NCBI GenBank assembly: GCA_049724395.1
Contig: JAUGWO010000136.1
Span: forward strand, 1 to 64,000
DNA from: Spongospora subterranea f. sp. subterranea
Taxonomy: Eukaryota
Direction: 5' to 3'
DNA length: 64,000 nucleotides
Of this stretch, positions 11,423 through 24,401 are shown piece by piece. Below the pieces are notes generated by a model that ran no database searches, was not told the origin of the DNA, and worked only from the letters and a program-made list of their open reading frames with translations. The stretch's first letter is position 1; every line of letters begins with the position of its first letter. Made by a program: the position numbers and the translations under genes.

Positions 11423-11840
11423 ATGTCGACAACATTCATCGGTCGCGTCTTTAGCAATAAAATGTCAAAGACCATCATGGTCCTTGTTAATCGGTATAAG
11501 GTTCATCCCTTATTCAAGAAGCGGGTTCGTACTACCAAAAAGTTCATGACTCACGATCCTGGTAAATGGCTCGTATAAGTTCAAAATGGCATATAATGAC
11601 ATGTGGTTGTACTCAGATGGGTCAGCCGGTGTGGGTGATCTAGTTATAATCAAATCTTGCAGACCGCGCAGCAAGCGTAAATGCTTCGAGCTGAAAGAGA
11701 TACTCCAGCGATCACCCGAATATCAATACGAGCAGGAAATGCTGAGGAAGGCGAACAGTTCTGGAGGGCAAGCTGTCATATTGTCCAGTAGTGGTGGATC
11801 AGCAATAGCCCCTCAATCTGATCAAGATCCCAATATATAA
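11423..11840 (+). CDS. MRPS17: Ribosomal protein uS17, bacterial/mitochondrial type
   Basis: FIGRVFSNKMSKTIMVLVNRYKVHPLFKKRVRTTKKFMTHD, intron 11562-11616 (GT-AG, 55 nt), GVGDLVIIKSCRPRSKRKCFEL. Confidence 0.9.
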
Positions 11841-11850
11841 TCCCATTATT

Positions 11851-12993
11851 TTAGCCTATTTTATCGTTTACACTCGATGGTTTTGCATATCCCAGGAGAG
11901 TATAGATCATGTTGACGATATCCTTTCGATCACTATCGTTATGTATTGCAACACCATAATTTTCTAATATCCTCAGGACTAACATTCTTCCTATCACGTC
12001 ACGATTTCTTAGTAACGACTTCTTGATTTGTTGTAAGCTTTCAGTATCCTGAACCATCCACTGATCGAGTTCTATCGAACGCAATGTTCTATTGTTGATG
12101 AGAGCCATAGCTAAACAGCCCGGGAATTGTTTTGGAATGGGATTCTGTCGTAAATCTAATGACAGTAATACCCGATTGTCAGCCAAACTACTGGCCAACA
12201 GCATCATATCACTCTCAGCGATATGACAATCAAACAGGTCTAAGGATTCAATACAAAGCTGCTTATTTAGCCCTGTAGCTAATGCCAGGACGCCCTTAGA
12301 TCCGATCCGATTACCGCTCAAATCTAGTTTAATCAGCGATGATGTCGGTGAATACGATGAACATATCGCGATTGTGCCACGATCGGCAATCACATTCCTC
12401 GATAGATTTAATGACGCGATAGTGACGTTGGTTTCCAGAGCTGAAGCTAATGCAGCAGCGCCCTGACATGTGATTCGATTATCTGCTAGATCTAATTCCC
12501 TGATTGTCTCGTTATGTCGCAATCCTTGCGATAATATTGAGCAATCTCTATCGGTGATAACGCAGAACCTCAATCGCAGGGAGAACAGCGACTGATGTGC
12601 TCGTAGAGAAAGGGATAACGCCGCCATGAATCGTGACGAAACCTGATTCCCCGACAGATCCAGATAGCGAATTGTCGACGACAGTCTGAGAGCGCCAGCG
12701 ATTATTTCAAGTCCATCGCTGGTGAACTTGTTATTGGCGAGTTCTATCCGAACTAAACTGGTGTTCTTGCGAAGACAGGCAGCGATCTCATTAGCGGCCG
12801 AATCCTCCAGACGATTCCCGCTGGCGTTCAGGGTACGAACTCGACTATTCGTTTGTAGGGCTCTGAGCAAAAGGTTCAGGTTTCGATCACCGATCCTGTG
12901 TTGCCCCAGGTCGATGTTAAGAATGGCGTCAACCGAGTCCAGGACGGCGGCGAAAGGTTTATTCATGGCGATATTGAGTGAAAATATCGTCAT
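11851..12993 (-). CDS. Leucine-rich repeat protein (ribonuclease-inhibitor-like, 28-aa repeats)
   Basis: Repeated LxxLxLxxNxI units (LDLSGNQV, LDLADNRITCQGA, LNLSRNVIADRG) over 380 aa. Confidence 0.92.
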   Translation of the reverse strand: MTIFSLNIAMNKPFAAVLDSVDAILNIDLGQHRIGDRNLNLLLRALQTNSRVRTLNASGNRLEDSAANEIAACLRKNTSLVRIELANNKFTSDGLEIIAGALRLSSTIRYLDLSGNQVSSRFMAALSLSLRAHQSLFSLRLRFCVITDRDCSILSQGLRHNETIRELDLADNRITCQGAAALASALETNVTIASLNLSRNVIADRGTIAICSSYSPTSSLIKLDLSGNRIGSKGVLALATGLNKQLCIESLDLFDCHIAESDMMLLASSLADNRVLLSLDLRQNPIPKQFPGCLAMALINNRTLRSIELDQWMVQDTESLQQIKKSLLRNRDVIGRMLVLRILENYGVAIHNDSDRKDIVNMIYTLLGYAKPSSVNDKIG

Positions 12994-13116
12994 TCAATAT
13001 CTTCACTAATAATCTGTACTGACGGCGCCCATTGATAATCAGGGGAGTGAGTCAACACGATTAAACAGTCAACAGATCATGACCAATTACCCCATATTTT
13101 ACTTCAAATTATATTG

Positions 13117-13890
13117 ATGAAATTAGTTTCCAATCCCATTATTCAATTACTACTGATCATATCATGTTTTGGTCTATCGATGGGTCAATGCCGTTTTCGC
13201 CCGTTTCATCTCCAATCTCAGATATACGGGTCTTGCCCCAATTTTTCTGACCTCTCTCCACAAAACCAATCGAACTTCGCCATCGCTGCTGGTCCATATC
13301 CTTGTGGATCGTGTTTAGAGGTCCAGGTCGATAATCGACAGATTCACGTGATTATCGTCGATAAGACATCATCTCCTGGGATTGATCTTCATATGAATCC
13401 GCTCTCGAGATTGGCTGGCTCATCAGATCCATCATCATTGATCATTGGGGTTCCTTCCTGTCAAATCCAACAGGTGGATTTACAGAGATGTAATCCCGAT
13501 CAGAATATGACCAGTATCGATCAGCCCCAATATCAATCGCAACTCCCTGAACAACCTATGCGCCCTCAGGCGCCATTTGGTTATCCAATTCACGTTAATC
13601 CCGACAGTGGACCAGTTGGTTATCAATACCCCAATCGGATGATCAATCCAGGCAATAATCAGTTTCAAGGAGGTCCTCCTAATCCCCAATATCCCAACCC
13701 AAATCACGTCGATAACAGATTCAGGATGCCCAACAATCCTCAACCGTGGATTAATCAGCCTCAATTCCCACATAATGATTATCATTCAGGGCCTAATCCT
13801 CAATTCGGACCTGGGCCTGCCCAATCAGTTCAGATTCCACAGCCAAAAACGGTGTTCAGGCGTAAAACCCATATAAGAATATATGATTAA
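13117..13890 (+). CDS. Secreted double-psi beta-barrel (RlpA/expansin/loosenin-like) protein with Pro/Gln/Asn-rich tail
   Basis: Signal peptide MKLVSNPIIQLLLIISCFGLSMG; AIAA...CGSCLEV...VIIVDK...IDLH motif order typical of DPBB domains; low-complexity C-terminus. Confidence 0.7.
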   Translation: MKLVSNPIIQLLLIISCFGLSMGQCRFRPFHLQSQIYGSCPNFSDLSPQNQSNFAIAAGPYPCGSCLEVQVDNRQIHVIIVDKTSSPGIDLHMNPLSRLAGSSDPSSLIIGVPSCQIQQVDLQRCNPDQNMTSIDQPQYQSQLPEQPMRPQAPFGYPIHVNPDSGPVGYQYPNRMINPGNNQFQGGPPNPQYPNPNHVDNRFRMPNNPQPWINQPQFPHNDYHSGPNPQFGPGPAQSVQIPQPKTVFRRKTHIRIYD

Positions 13891-14056
13891 ACCGATTGTA
13901 CTATAAAGACACATAACACGTACATTTTTTGTGATCAGAATTTTTTTGTTGGCGTTGTAATTCAGGTTGTTGAGGCAATAGTTTGGAGTACTATTACTTT
14001 ATTTGAAATGCAACAGCGATCGATGAGTCGATGCTTCAATGTCTTGGGTTGAACGA

Positions 14057-14676
14057 TTAAGGGCCCTGCCTTCTGATGCCTGGATACGCTCTGAGCGATG
14101 CACCCCGGGCCATATATCGTTGAACCTCACATGCTGGAAGGGTAGACGATCGGTTATCCAGAGTGAGCAAAGCCGCATTTCGAAGGGCAATCGTCATGGC
14201 TGACGGCTCCTTCATTTCCGGTGCCAGTGACCTAAATAGACGGCGGTTCAGGGTTTTGAGGTCGGATTGACTTCGTGATCGCATGGACAAGGGATCGACT
14301 TTATATGGCCTCAAAGGGAATTTCATCTTCGACGATGAGCCTGTCGAGCCCCGAACCTGACAGACTAGGAATGGCTCAACGATGGGATTAACTGCATTGA
14401 AGATTGGGTCGGGCTGCAGATTGATTCGTCGGCTATCGTCCCGACTCAAAGCCTTCTGTCTCTCCAGAAACCGGCGGTTCTGTTCTAAACGATATATAAT
14501 CGAGCCGTAAATTTTCAAATTACGACTGGTGAATTGTTGCTGATCAAATGGAGATAGAGGTGAAGGAGGTGGCTTGCGTAATTCCGGTTCGGTCGGTGTG
14601 ATACCAGTGAATAACGACGAAAAACAACAAGAGCGAATATTTCCTTCAAATGCTGTTGATCGGTTGATGAATTCAT
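14057..14676 (-). CDS. Hypothetical protein, probably spliced
   Basis: 153-aa open frame plus a possible upstream exon from ATG 14676; no recognisable motif. Confidence 0.35.
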
Positions 14677-15900
14677 CGACAGATTTCTACAAAATACAAT
14701 CTCGATAACCGTTGATATGATTCCAGTATGAGTTCTAACCTGTATACATGAGAGCGTATCAACCAATATGTTTACTTCTATCTCGCAATTAGAACGCATT
14801 ACCATTATCAGGGTAATTATTAAAATATCTTAAACATTGGGGGCAAAAAAATATCTAGGTGAAGTTTGAATGACGACGAACACGAACCAGAGATTGAGAT
14901 TGCAATTGTTGAAACTCGATTTACGAGTGATTGTTTCACATTGACATTGCAAGGAGTCCCGTTTTGGAAAGTGTCATCGTTTTTATATCGTCTGCGAAAA
15001 GAAACGAAAGAAAATGGCGAAGTCGTATTCCAGTAATATCAGAATTGATGATAGAGCGTCAATCATGCTGTTAGCACCTTGTCCAACGACTTGCCTAATC
15101 AGGTTTCAAGCAATCGACAAATATAGAAGATGATTCAGAAAATGAATCGTGGATAGTGAAAACCGAAAAAGGAATTACAGCGGGATCACAACAACTGACA
15201 ATCTCAATAAAAACTGGAGCTATATTCACACCATATTCCCAACTGTAGTCCTATGATCATTTCCGACTAAATGATTGCACTATCGTGGCATAGCCCGACC
15301 CGTTTAGCACGATCTGGTCATGGGGAAGGCAACACTGCCTCCACCGTCGACATAAGGCACATATCCATTAACTGGGTCTTGACACTTGTCTGTTGTGTCC
15401 AAACCAAGCAAGATCGCCACGGCCACGGGTTATCTAACGTTATCTGTAACGATACATGTTACAGATGTCCCACTTGGTCCAGTCAACCAGTGTATTTATA
15501 GACAAGCGGTGTAAGTGTCCCGTCAACGCGGCGATCTGACTTCTGACGGTGAAACTCGTGACTGAAGCAGCGGTTGAGTAAGCAATACTGGAGTCGTGCG
15601 AAATGGTTGCCTAGGACCTGGGACCGGGAGGTAATGGGTCAACGGGATTACCCGCTGATCTTGTCCTCATCATGACTTTGGAAAAAGCCACTTCCGACCC
15701 CGAAACTACAAATGATCGACATTATACAAGAGAGTTTGAGAACATGGTGATATATGGGTCTTGAAAAAAGTTGGGTTTCTGGAAATTATCGTAATCTGAA
15801 GTCGGGCGTGTATGTTGCGCACGGAAGGCCCATTGCATGGCGGCTGTCACGGTCGCATTCTCATCGCTTACCGACCGATTTTGGATCTCCGGGGCTCGTT

Positions 15901-16849
15901 ATGATTTCCACACAAGAAGTAACAAGGTGAGCCCACGCTTTTGAAGATCCGATTATTCAACTGCCTTTCTAACTGGACCTTCTGTGCTAGAGCTGATCTT
16001 GACATTGATGATCTAGACGAGATGGAGAAAACGCTGATCGAAAGGGAGTTATTCTATTGCACATATGATCATTCGTCTAGATATATCAAGTACAGGGTAA
16101 TCCTAATTGATTGGATGGGTCATGTTCAATCGGAATTCGGATTAAGAAACAAGACATTTGCGACCTCATGCAATCTTCTTGATCGTGTATTATCTGGGTT
16201 CGGTATTGATAACTGCCAATGGCAGCTTGTTGCAATGTGTTGCATATTGATATCAGGTGGAATCTCATACTGCATGTTGCCAAATCTCTTTTCTGATATG
16301 TGTTCTATTATAGCGAAACTTGAGGAAGTGTCAGGATCAGTACCATCAATTGTCGACCTGATGCAATGTGCTGATAATGCCTATTCTCAACGAGACGTTA
16401 TTCAGATGGAGCGCAAACTCGCGGTGGCGCTTTCGTGGAATTTCGCGTCAATCACGGCCGTTGATTTCGTGGATCTATATATGGAAAGGACCAGGCGTCA
16501 TGATCCCTATCTGACTAACGAGCCAAAACATGAACGTAATTCACGATCATTATCTAAGCGCCAAAATCAGCTGATTCGTCTGGTCCTGCGTGATCACACC
16601 TTCAACCAATGGAGACCGTCAGTAATTGGTGCCTGCATTGTTGCCACGAGCCGGATCATGTACGATATGGTTCCTCGATGGCCGAGTTCATGCTGGTGTC
16701 CACTTAGCGATATATCTGAGCTCAACTGCTGCGCTCAATATCTGATTGTCGTCTTCAAACAGGAATACTGCCCTGACGAACCTTCGAGTACTTTGTCATC
16801 TCCAACTAATGTTCTGGACCACAATCATGATGTCGCACTAGAAGCCTAA
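15901..16849 (+). CDS. Cyclin family protein
   Basis: Cyclin box YRVILIDWM...FGLRNKTFATSCNLLDRVL...QLVAMCCILI, AKLEE, MERKLAVALSW; first exon from ATG 15901 with intron 15927-15989. Confidence 0.9.
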
Positions 16850-17412
16850 ACAATTCTCAACATGTTGGCGTTCCCATTCACAAACTCATCGTATAATTTT
16901 CTATCTTATAACTTATATAATATAATATAAATATTAATCATTCCTAGCGAATATCCATCGTCAAATCAAGTCGCTGAATTTATGGCATGTGGTTCGCTCT
17001 AGAAAGAAACAATGAAACGTGGATGCAACCAAATGAATCGATGGTTTGTCACAGTTTTTGAGGAAAAACCACAGGGGGCTGTAGCCTGTGGATTGATGAC
17101 TGTACCCTGGAGCATTTGTTCGCAAAATAGATTGACACGAGCTGACGTCCTCATCCGGGAAGTTATCATGACCAAGCCGTGTCGTGACATGACGTTGAAG
17201 TTGTCCAAGGGTTCAAGCAGTGGATATTAATTCGTTGTGAATTTTCTAAGAGTGGCTCACGCCAAGCATAGCCATCTGCAATTTCTTTGAAAGATTACCC
17301 GGTAGGGAACTGGAGTTCATAACAACGTTGCGAATATACTAAAACAACAATATCTGCATCCTCTATGTGTAAGCTAGAACTTGTATTGAAAAAGTTGTGT
17401 GAACAAATTAAT

Positions 17413-18837
17413 TTAAATTGGACCTTGAATTGAAGGGTACATTTTGCGAACAGCAGCAATCAATTTCTGGTGTAGAGCTTGATGATTTTGGGCTAAAGGA
17501 GCCGGCTCTTCCGCCCATAAAACCATGAACGTGACAACACAACTTTCAATAACGGACATTACCACTCCTGTGAGGAATGCACCCAAAAAGAAGCATAACA
17601 GCATAGACGCTGTTAAACCATCTGAACTTGTTTTGCCACCGGCGGCCAAAAAAACTAGAGCCCCAACAGCTGCGCCGACAACACCACCTATAAGCGACGA
17701 CATCCAGAACGCAAGATTCGAGAGATCGTCGTTAACGATGACGTCAAATCCTCGCCTTTTAAGCAATCCCCACGTGTTTTTGGCTGAGGTGCAAAAATCT
17801 TGTCCCTACACAGACCATTAGAACATGCGATAGAAAGTACACTATTCTTGCAATACCCAAATGGCGACATACGCATATGCATATTTGGAAATGAATTCTG
17901 CAATCGCTTGAATGATGGAGAGAATACAGTCAACAATACAAGCGAGGATTTGATTATCACGGCCGGATGCGCGCGCAACAGCACGTAAAGCCTCGATCGC
18001 CGATACAATAAACGATCCAAAGCAGATGGAACCGAAACTAGTTGTGCACGCTCGTTTTGCCGAAGATGACACAACGTTCGTTGACTGACTTTGATAATAC
18101 CAAGTAGCAGCAACGCCTCCAACGGTCACTTGAACGACATTCATCAGCACATTCAGTGTCCAGTACAGACTAAGAACCAATAAGAATATAACAACAGAAC
18201 TTTTACTGCCGGAAGCTCCGAGAATGGCAATGACCCATAACACAATCCATCCCAAGGCCACAAATTGCACTACAATCGCAATGAAAACAGTTGACGTATA
18301 CTGCTTTGTACAAGCAGTTGCCATTTCGAGCATGATGGTGGTGAACGCAATACCTAAACACGAATCGCTCACTACAAGGTTCGCAATCAAAGCAAAAATG
18401 TACTGACGATTTCGAACAACGTAGTACCATAGTGCTGCCAAAGCAGAGAAAATTAACATGATGACACCTGTTACGACTTGGCCAGCTGCAAACGCAATTG
18501 CACACGCAATGACGGAAAGACCGATATTAGCGAACATAGCGAACTTGATCACATTGATTGAAATCGCTGGGTGATTTAAGACGCGAATCCACGCAATGCC
18601 AAATGCAATACTTGCAATGAAGCCGCATGCAAGGGCAGCAATAATAGGACCGCTGGACTCAGTGGCAGTCGTGTTGGAGCTGTTGATGTCAATTTTTTTG
18701 AAATTGAACCCGGCGGCGACGCAGACAGCGACGACATTTAACACAAATAGCAGGGCCCAGATAACATCATTATATTTTCCCGCCGGGACATCCTGCTGAT
18801 CAGAAGGCTTGTTCTGGTATTGCTGCTCCGACAGCAT
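17413..18837 (-). CDS. Choline transporter-like protein (CTL/SLC44, PNS1-like), copy 1
   Basis: YNDVIWALLF, SAKRACTTSFGSICFGS, YAYAYVAIW, GFDVIVNDDL; many TM segments; introns. Confidence 0.9.
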
Positions 18838-19414
18838 CTTTCACTATCCGCTTGATGAAACTGGGCACGCGACCAAAAAACCGAAGCGGCGTCCTTTACT
18901 TCGCTGTCTCGCGTTATGAAAATATTCAGCCCAGGAGATCCGATCTCGAAGATTCTTTGCAACTTTAAACTCCGTTTGATATTATATCACTCTGTGATTG
19001 TGAGTCAAGCGCAATATTCTCGAAGCATGTATAACTGACTGACCTGTGATCAATCGGACTTTGCGATCGACCGGAAGTGCGATCAATCAACTGGGACCCG
19101 AATCTGAACAGTCGGCCGGTTGTGAGGGAAGAAGGGGGCTGCAGGCAACGAATCATTATTTATCGAAACAGAGTTTCCTGACAATGTTGAGACCATAGAA
19201 GGAAAAGAAGTGTTGGACTCCATTCTGAAATTACGGCGAAAGAAGCTCCCGTTCTGTTGGATGCCTGCGAAACATTTGAAAGCCAAATGGGCTTGCTAAA
19301 CAAAAGCATAGTACCGTGAACAACCATGTTATGTATTAGGGTAGTATAACAGTTGCAGAGGAGAGCGAAGAGCTCAAATAGAAGGGCCGAATCACAAACA
19401 ATCCCTGGAGATGA

Positions 19415-21057
19415 TTATGTTCGAGACACTAACTCAGAGGTGATGGCAACGAGTCTATCGCTGAATTCCGCATGAGTTGTAGCTAGAGCTGAAGGATCTT
19501 CCAGCCAAAGAATAACGAATGTGAAAACCGATGTGGACAACGGTACAATCATTATTGACGTTGCTAAAGCGCCGATCAATAAACACCACAGTAAGGCGAG
19601 GACCGTTGTTGAAGTCTCATCGGCCGCTCCGTTTAGGAAATAGACACCGGCACCGGCACCTACTGATATAAACCCTCCAAGAATTGCCGAGAAAAAGGCC
19701 ACCGAGTTTACAAAGTTATTGGAAACCGCCATGTTCAAGCCATTGGTAGTGATGACTTGCCAAGTATTTTGAGCCCCCTTGCAGAAAGTCTGACCCTGGA
19801 ATAATGGTCAGAAATTGAACTCAAAATGATATTAGAAAAATTTACCCAAATGCCAACGTAGACGTAAGCGTAGTCAGTAATAAACCCGACTATGGCTTCA
19901 AGACATCCAAGAAGACAGTCCACGAAACAGTAAGCAAGACCATCGTTTTCTCGAACGGCTGAATTTTGCGCTTGCTCGAGAAGAAAACGAAGAGTTTTGA
20001 TGATGGATATAATTAAAGAACCCAAACATGCAGATCCAAAGCTAGTTGTGCACGCGTTTTTGACGGATGAGGAAACGACGTTTTTCATGCTACTTTGGAA
20101 ATACCAGGTTCCTGACATACCGACACATGATATGAACAAAACAGAATAAATAACGGCGCTTGTCCAGCACATGCTGAATGCTAATGGGGCGATCATCCAC
20201 AAAGTCCCAGTTCTGAAAATATTATAGAAACAGGTGATATAAAAACCGCAGAATGCAAGCATCACAAGTTGTGCCATAATAGCCACAATTTGCACGGTTT
20301 CGTGTTTTTGTATGCAGGCGGCTGCCATCTCCAGAAGTACAGCGGTGAATCTCATCCCTAAATTACCATCAGAAAGCCTGCAAAGAACGTAATACATTTA
20401 CTCACGATTACGAAACAAGGCATACATTGCAATGATGACAAGACCAGAAACCAAAGGACCGATAGCATACAAGGGGTGCCCAAAAATAATCAAGGCGGCG
20501 CCATTTACGAAGAGAATCGACGCGGTACCAGCAGTAGATACACCAATAATGCATTTGGAAACGAATGGGATGGTGAGAAAGCGAAGCCAGGCGATACCGA
20601 ATACCATTCCGGTGATCGAAGTGGCAACAATACACATTGCCGCAGACTTTGTCATTATCCATTCATTCCCTGAATTGATATCGGATCTCATTCCAGTTTT
20701 TTTCAACTCGATAGCAGCAAGAATAATTACAACTATAAGATGGGCAAAGAAAAGAAATGCCCATATTAGATCTTTGTATGTCTTGTCTTCAACGCGAGAT
20801 TCGTTATGGATCACGGCATGGCCAAAATGCTGGGCCGAAGAAGGTGATACCGTCTGCACGTTAACACTGTCGGGAATTGCCGAGGATGGGATTAGGTCTG
20901 GGTTAGGTTGTAAATATGGATTCAAGGTCAGGTGAGAGTGGGCGTCGCCGGAATATTCGCCGCTGTTCAACCCATCAGGTGGGTGCTGTTGCGACGGAGG
21001 ATAACCATTGTATCGCTGATTAACCGCTCTTGTTCCATTTTGGGCACTATTATCCAT
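19415..21057 (-). CDS. Choline transporter-like protein (CTL/SLC44, PNS1-like), copy 2
   Basis: YKDLIWAFLF, SVKNACTTSFGSACLGS, YAYVYVGIW, LWLEDPSAL; same exon layout as copy 1. Confidence 0.88.
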
Positions 21058-23444
21058 TGTTTCACGATCAAGATAAACGATGATGAGTAGTGTAGAAACA
21101 GCAGTGGAAAAGTGATAATGACGGAGCCCTTGGAGATGGCGCAACATTTGTCAGCGGCAAGGCGATACTGACGCAAGTCATCACGGACTGCGCGACTGTG
21201 AGGGAGTAGTAGGGGGATCCTCTGGCCCTGGCCTCTGGGTCTGCGATGCACTCTGGTACTTACCAAACCACGCAATTCCGGAATGACTCGATTCACTCAC
21301 GATTTACAAACGGACGAACCCGCTTTCGCCTATACTGTCTAACCATGAGCGAGCTACAGTTGTTTGTGCTACACCTGAATCGGCTTTTACTAGTGGCGAC
21401 GTATGAAAACGGTGCACCAGTACGACCAAACCGCTTACGTGAAATTGCAACCAATTTCTTTGAGAGATCATCGTCGTCAAACGGGGCGCAGCAGGATTGG
21501 CAGCCTGCGGCGGAACCGTGCGATCCAAACACAGAACTGCAGAACTCAGAACCTATCGATCCTAAAACATCGCCAATGTTATGATGAATGGTGTGACAAG
21601 TCTTCGTCGTATAGTTCAAGAATCGTTGGTCTTGTGTCGACGTCGAATGCTAATGACGCAGTTCTGGTATTGGATACTTCTGCAAAACAATGATCGTACG
21701 CCTTAACGAGGTTGCCCGTGGACAGAGTTCGTCTTGTAGTACCCCAGTTTGCCATTGCTCAAAAATTTATGAGCGACGCAGCTCTCTCCGCGTTGTATCA
21801 ATTGATTGCAAAACACACTTTTCGGGAGTACGGAGCCCCTTTTGTGGCGACCTGTGGACAGATAAGAAAATGACAATGTTTTATGAACAATCATTTGGGA
21901 CCGACATTCAATGAGATTTCTATAACATGTTTGGGTTTGTGCATTTAAAAAAAGTGCGTGGGTTGGTACTCTAAAATCAATGCACAGTCCTACTAGGTAC
22001 AGTCCTGATTCCTGAACTGTAGAAATTGTGCGGAATGAAATATCCGCAAAGTTTGCGGACCTATTTTCACTGTCAGCAGGCCAAGTATCGCAGCAATTTC
22101 AATTGAGGTCCTGGTCTTTTCATGGCTCTGTCATCGCCCAATTACAATTTGTTACACAATGATGGAGATTCTCGTTATAGAACAATTGAATAGAATTGAG
22201 GACCATGTCGGGTAATTTATATAAAACATCGAATCCAAATCGTTGCAGAGGCACGACCATATATAGCTTCTCGAAATGCATCAATAGAAGACACATTCAC
22301 TTCAATAACACCTAATGACAAGCAGTAAATTGCCAAAAAAATTCTCTCTGCTCCTTCTCAACTTAAACCTTAGGGCTGCGCAGTGTATAACTTCTACAGT
22401 TGTTTATATGTTCAATACAGTGACGGCATAAATCGCTTTCCCGTCGACTGCAGTTGTGCGAGTCATCGCGCGACTGTGAAGAGTTTCCGTGTGGGTAGGA
22501 TCTAATCGTGATCACTTTTGATCACTTTGCACTGTGTGAGTGTCAGATTCGACGGGGACTTGGGAGAAGCCCTCCAAATTGAATGAGTCGCGTTTTAGTC
22601 CTCTTTACAATGGACCTTTAAAAAAAAATCCTTCAAGGATTGCTTTGTGGTGAAAATAATTTAGTTGTAATAGGTCGCAAACCGTTTTGGTTCGCAAGCA
22701 GTTGTACCTTTTTCAGAAACACGAAAAACAGAACAAGAAATCGTCAACCAGTGATTACCGCCATCAACTAATGATTGATGACGGTTTTTCGGTAATATGG
22801 TAATATACGGAAGGGCAGGGCAGCACAATGATCAATGAAGTGCATCAACGTGGCATACAAACGACACTCAAAACGAAGTGTGTAATGTGGGCGGCAGCGA
22901 TGTCGGAGCCTGTCAGCCTACCGGTTCTCCCAAGGCCCTAAACGACGCGCAGCCTTTGCATCAGTGGACGCATCCCAAATTAATAAAATCTGGATTATCC
23001 ACGCGTGGAGAGAACTCACAAACAGCCTATCGAGTTTCGGCTGGACCGATCGCCGAACTTTCTTTTACAGTCACGTTGGCAGGCCAATGCCAATTAGTAT
23101 CACAATGAATTAGTAAAATTACTGACTTTGCCGAAGGACGACGATGGGCATTGCGAGGTTCGCAAGACCCCCCTTCCTGTCGGTTCCCCGACGGTTGTCG
23201 GGATGACCCTGCAAACACCTGTCCATCCTTCGGAAAAATGTAGCTCAGCAAAACCACTCGAGGTGACCCACAATCAATAAATCTGATGGGGTAATTACTG
23301 TATATATGGTCATACTGCCCGGCCTCCGTAGAGTGTCTGGGTTCTGGTCATGAGAAGGAAGTGCGCACTATGGTGTCTCATTTCACCGTGTGCTGTGACC
23401 AAGGCGAATATCGATCTGGTCGCCCCTGATCATCAAGATTCGTC

Positions 23445-23875
23445 ATGGTAGTAAATATATCCCAGTGGTTGACTGCAATGTAGAATATTCATAATTCATC
23501 GATCAGGATAAATTCAATCTTAATAGCCAGCTTGAACACCTGCAAATGAAGTATGTAGGTACCGGACATGCTGATCTAACCAAATAGTAAGTTTCCTTCA
23601 CTCTAAGTAAAGAATATTAAATTTCTTTTAGTGAATGGGTTAATAATCAAAGAACGTGATTCTTACGCATCGTACATGGGACATGCTCCAATTTTGGAAT
23701 ATTTCTCCATTGCTGAAAACGAATCCAAAGCTAGAATCAAATACAACATGTTTCAGGTATTAGATCGTTTTGTTATTGTAATACTGTTTCATATTTATTT
23801 GCTCTTATTCAGAGTATGACCGAACCTTGTGGTCCTTTATACAAACCTATATTGCGAACAAAAAAAGAGATCTAA
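23445..23875 (+). CDS. SF3B5: Splicing factor 3B subunit 5 (SF3b10)
   Basis: Spliced reading DKFNLNSQLEHLQMKYVGTGHADLTK / EWVNNQ.RDSYASYMGH...YFSIAENESKARIKYN / MTEPCGP; three short GT-AG introns. Confidence 0.93.
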
Positions 23876-24401
23876 CCTTTTTTTTGTTTGCTCATAATAA
23901 AGTTATTTATTATATTGCCATCCTCTGCATGCACTTTTTTTGCTATCTCTTCAAGTTCCAGAGGCATGGCCAAGGTCTGAATTCATTGTTGCAAATATCC
24001 CTACTGAGGCCAGCTTCAAAACGGTTCCATTTTCAAACCATTACATATCAATGCATAACTTCAGTTCCGATATTGCTTTCCGATAACTTTCGTGTAGAAA
24101 AATTGTTGGGGACTCGTTATGGTAAAGATTGTCTCTGCTTGTACCGGGTTAGGACTCTGAAATTTAACCAACTTTCGATTTATAAAAGAAATTGTTTCAG
24201 GGTTTCACTCACTGTTGATTGGAACCAGTTTATTATCCCAGCACTCTTATTATTTGCTTCTCATGTTGAATTTTCTGAACAAACTTGTTCGAGCAAGCGT
24301 AAGATCGGAGATTATTGATGTTGAGATCTCCCGGAGTGTAAGCCTGAAGATTGCCGATTGCCTCTTCACGTCCAAGCAGCCCACCCGTCCAGCCATTGGC
24401 A

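Noticed and set aside
21246..21914. Plus-strand ORF cluster
   Set aside because: No motif or consistent splice model; could be a pseudogene but unsupported
22420..23100. U5 snRNA, RNase P/MRP or telomerase RNA
   Set aside because: Only short partial matches; U5 loop I, complete P4 helix motifs and a telomere template were not found
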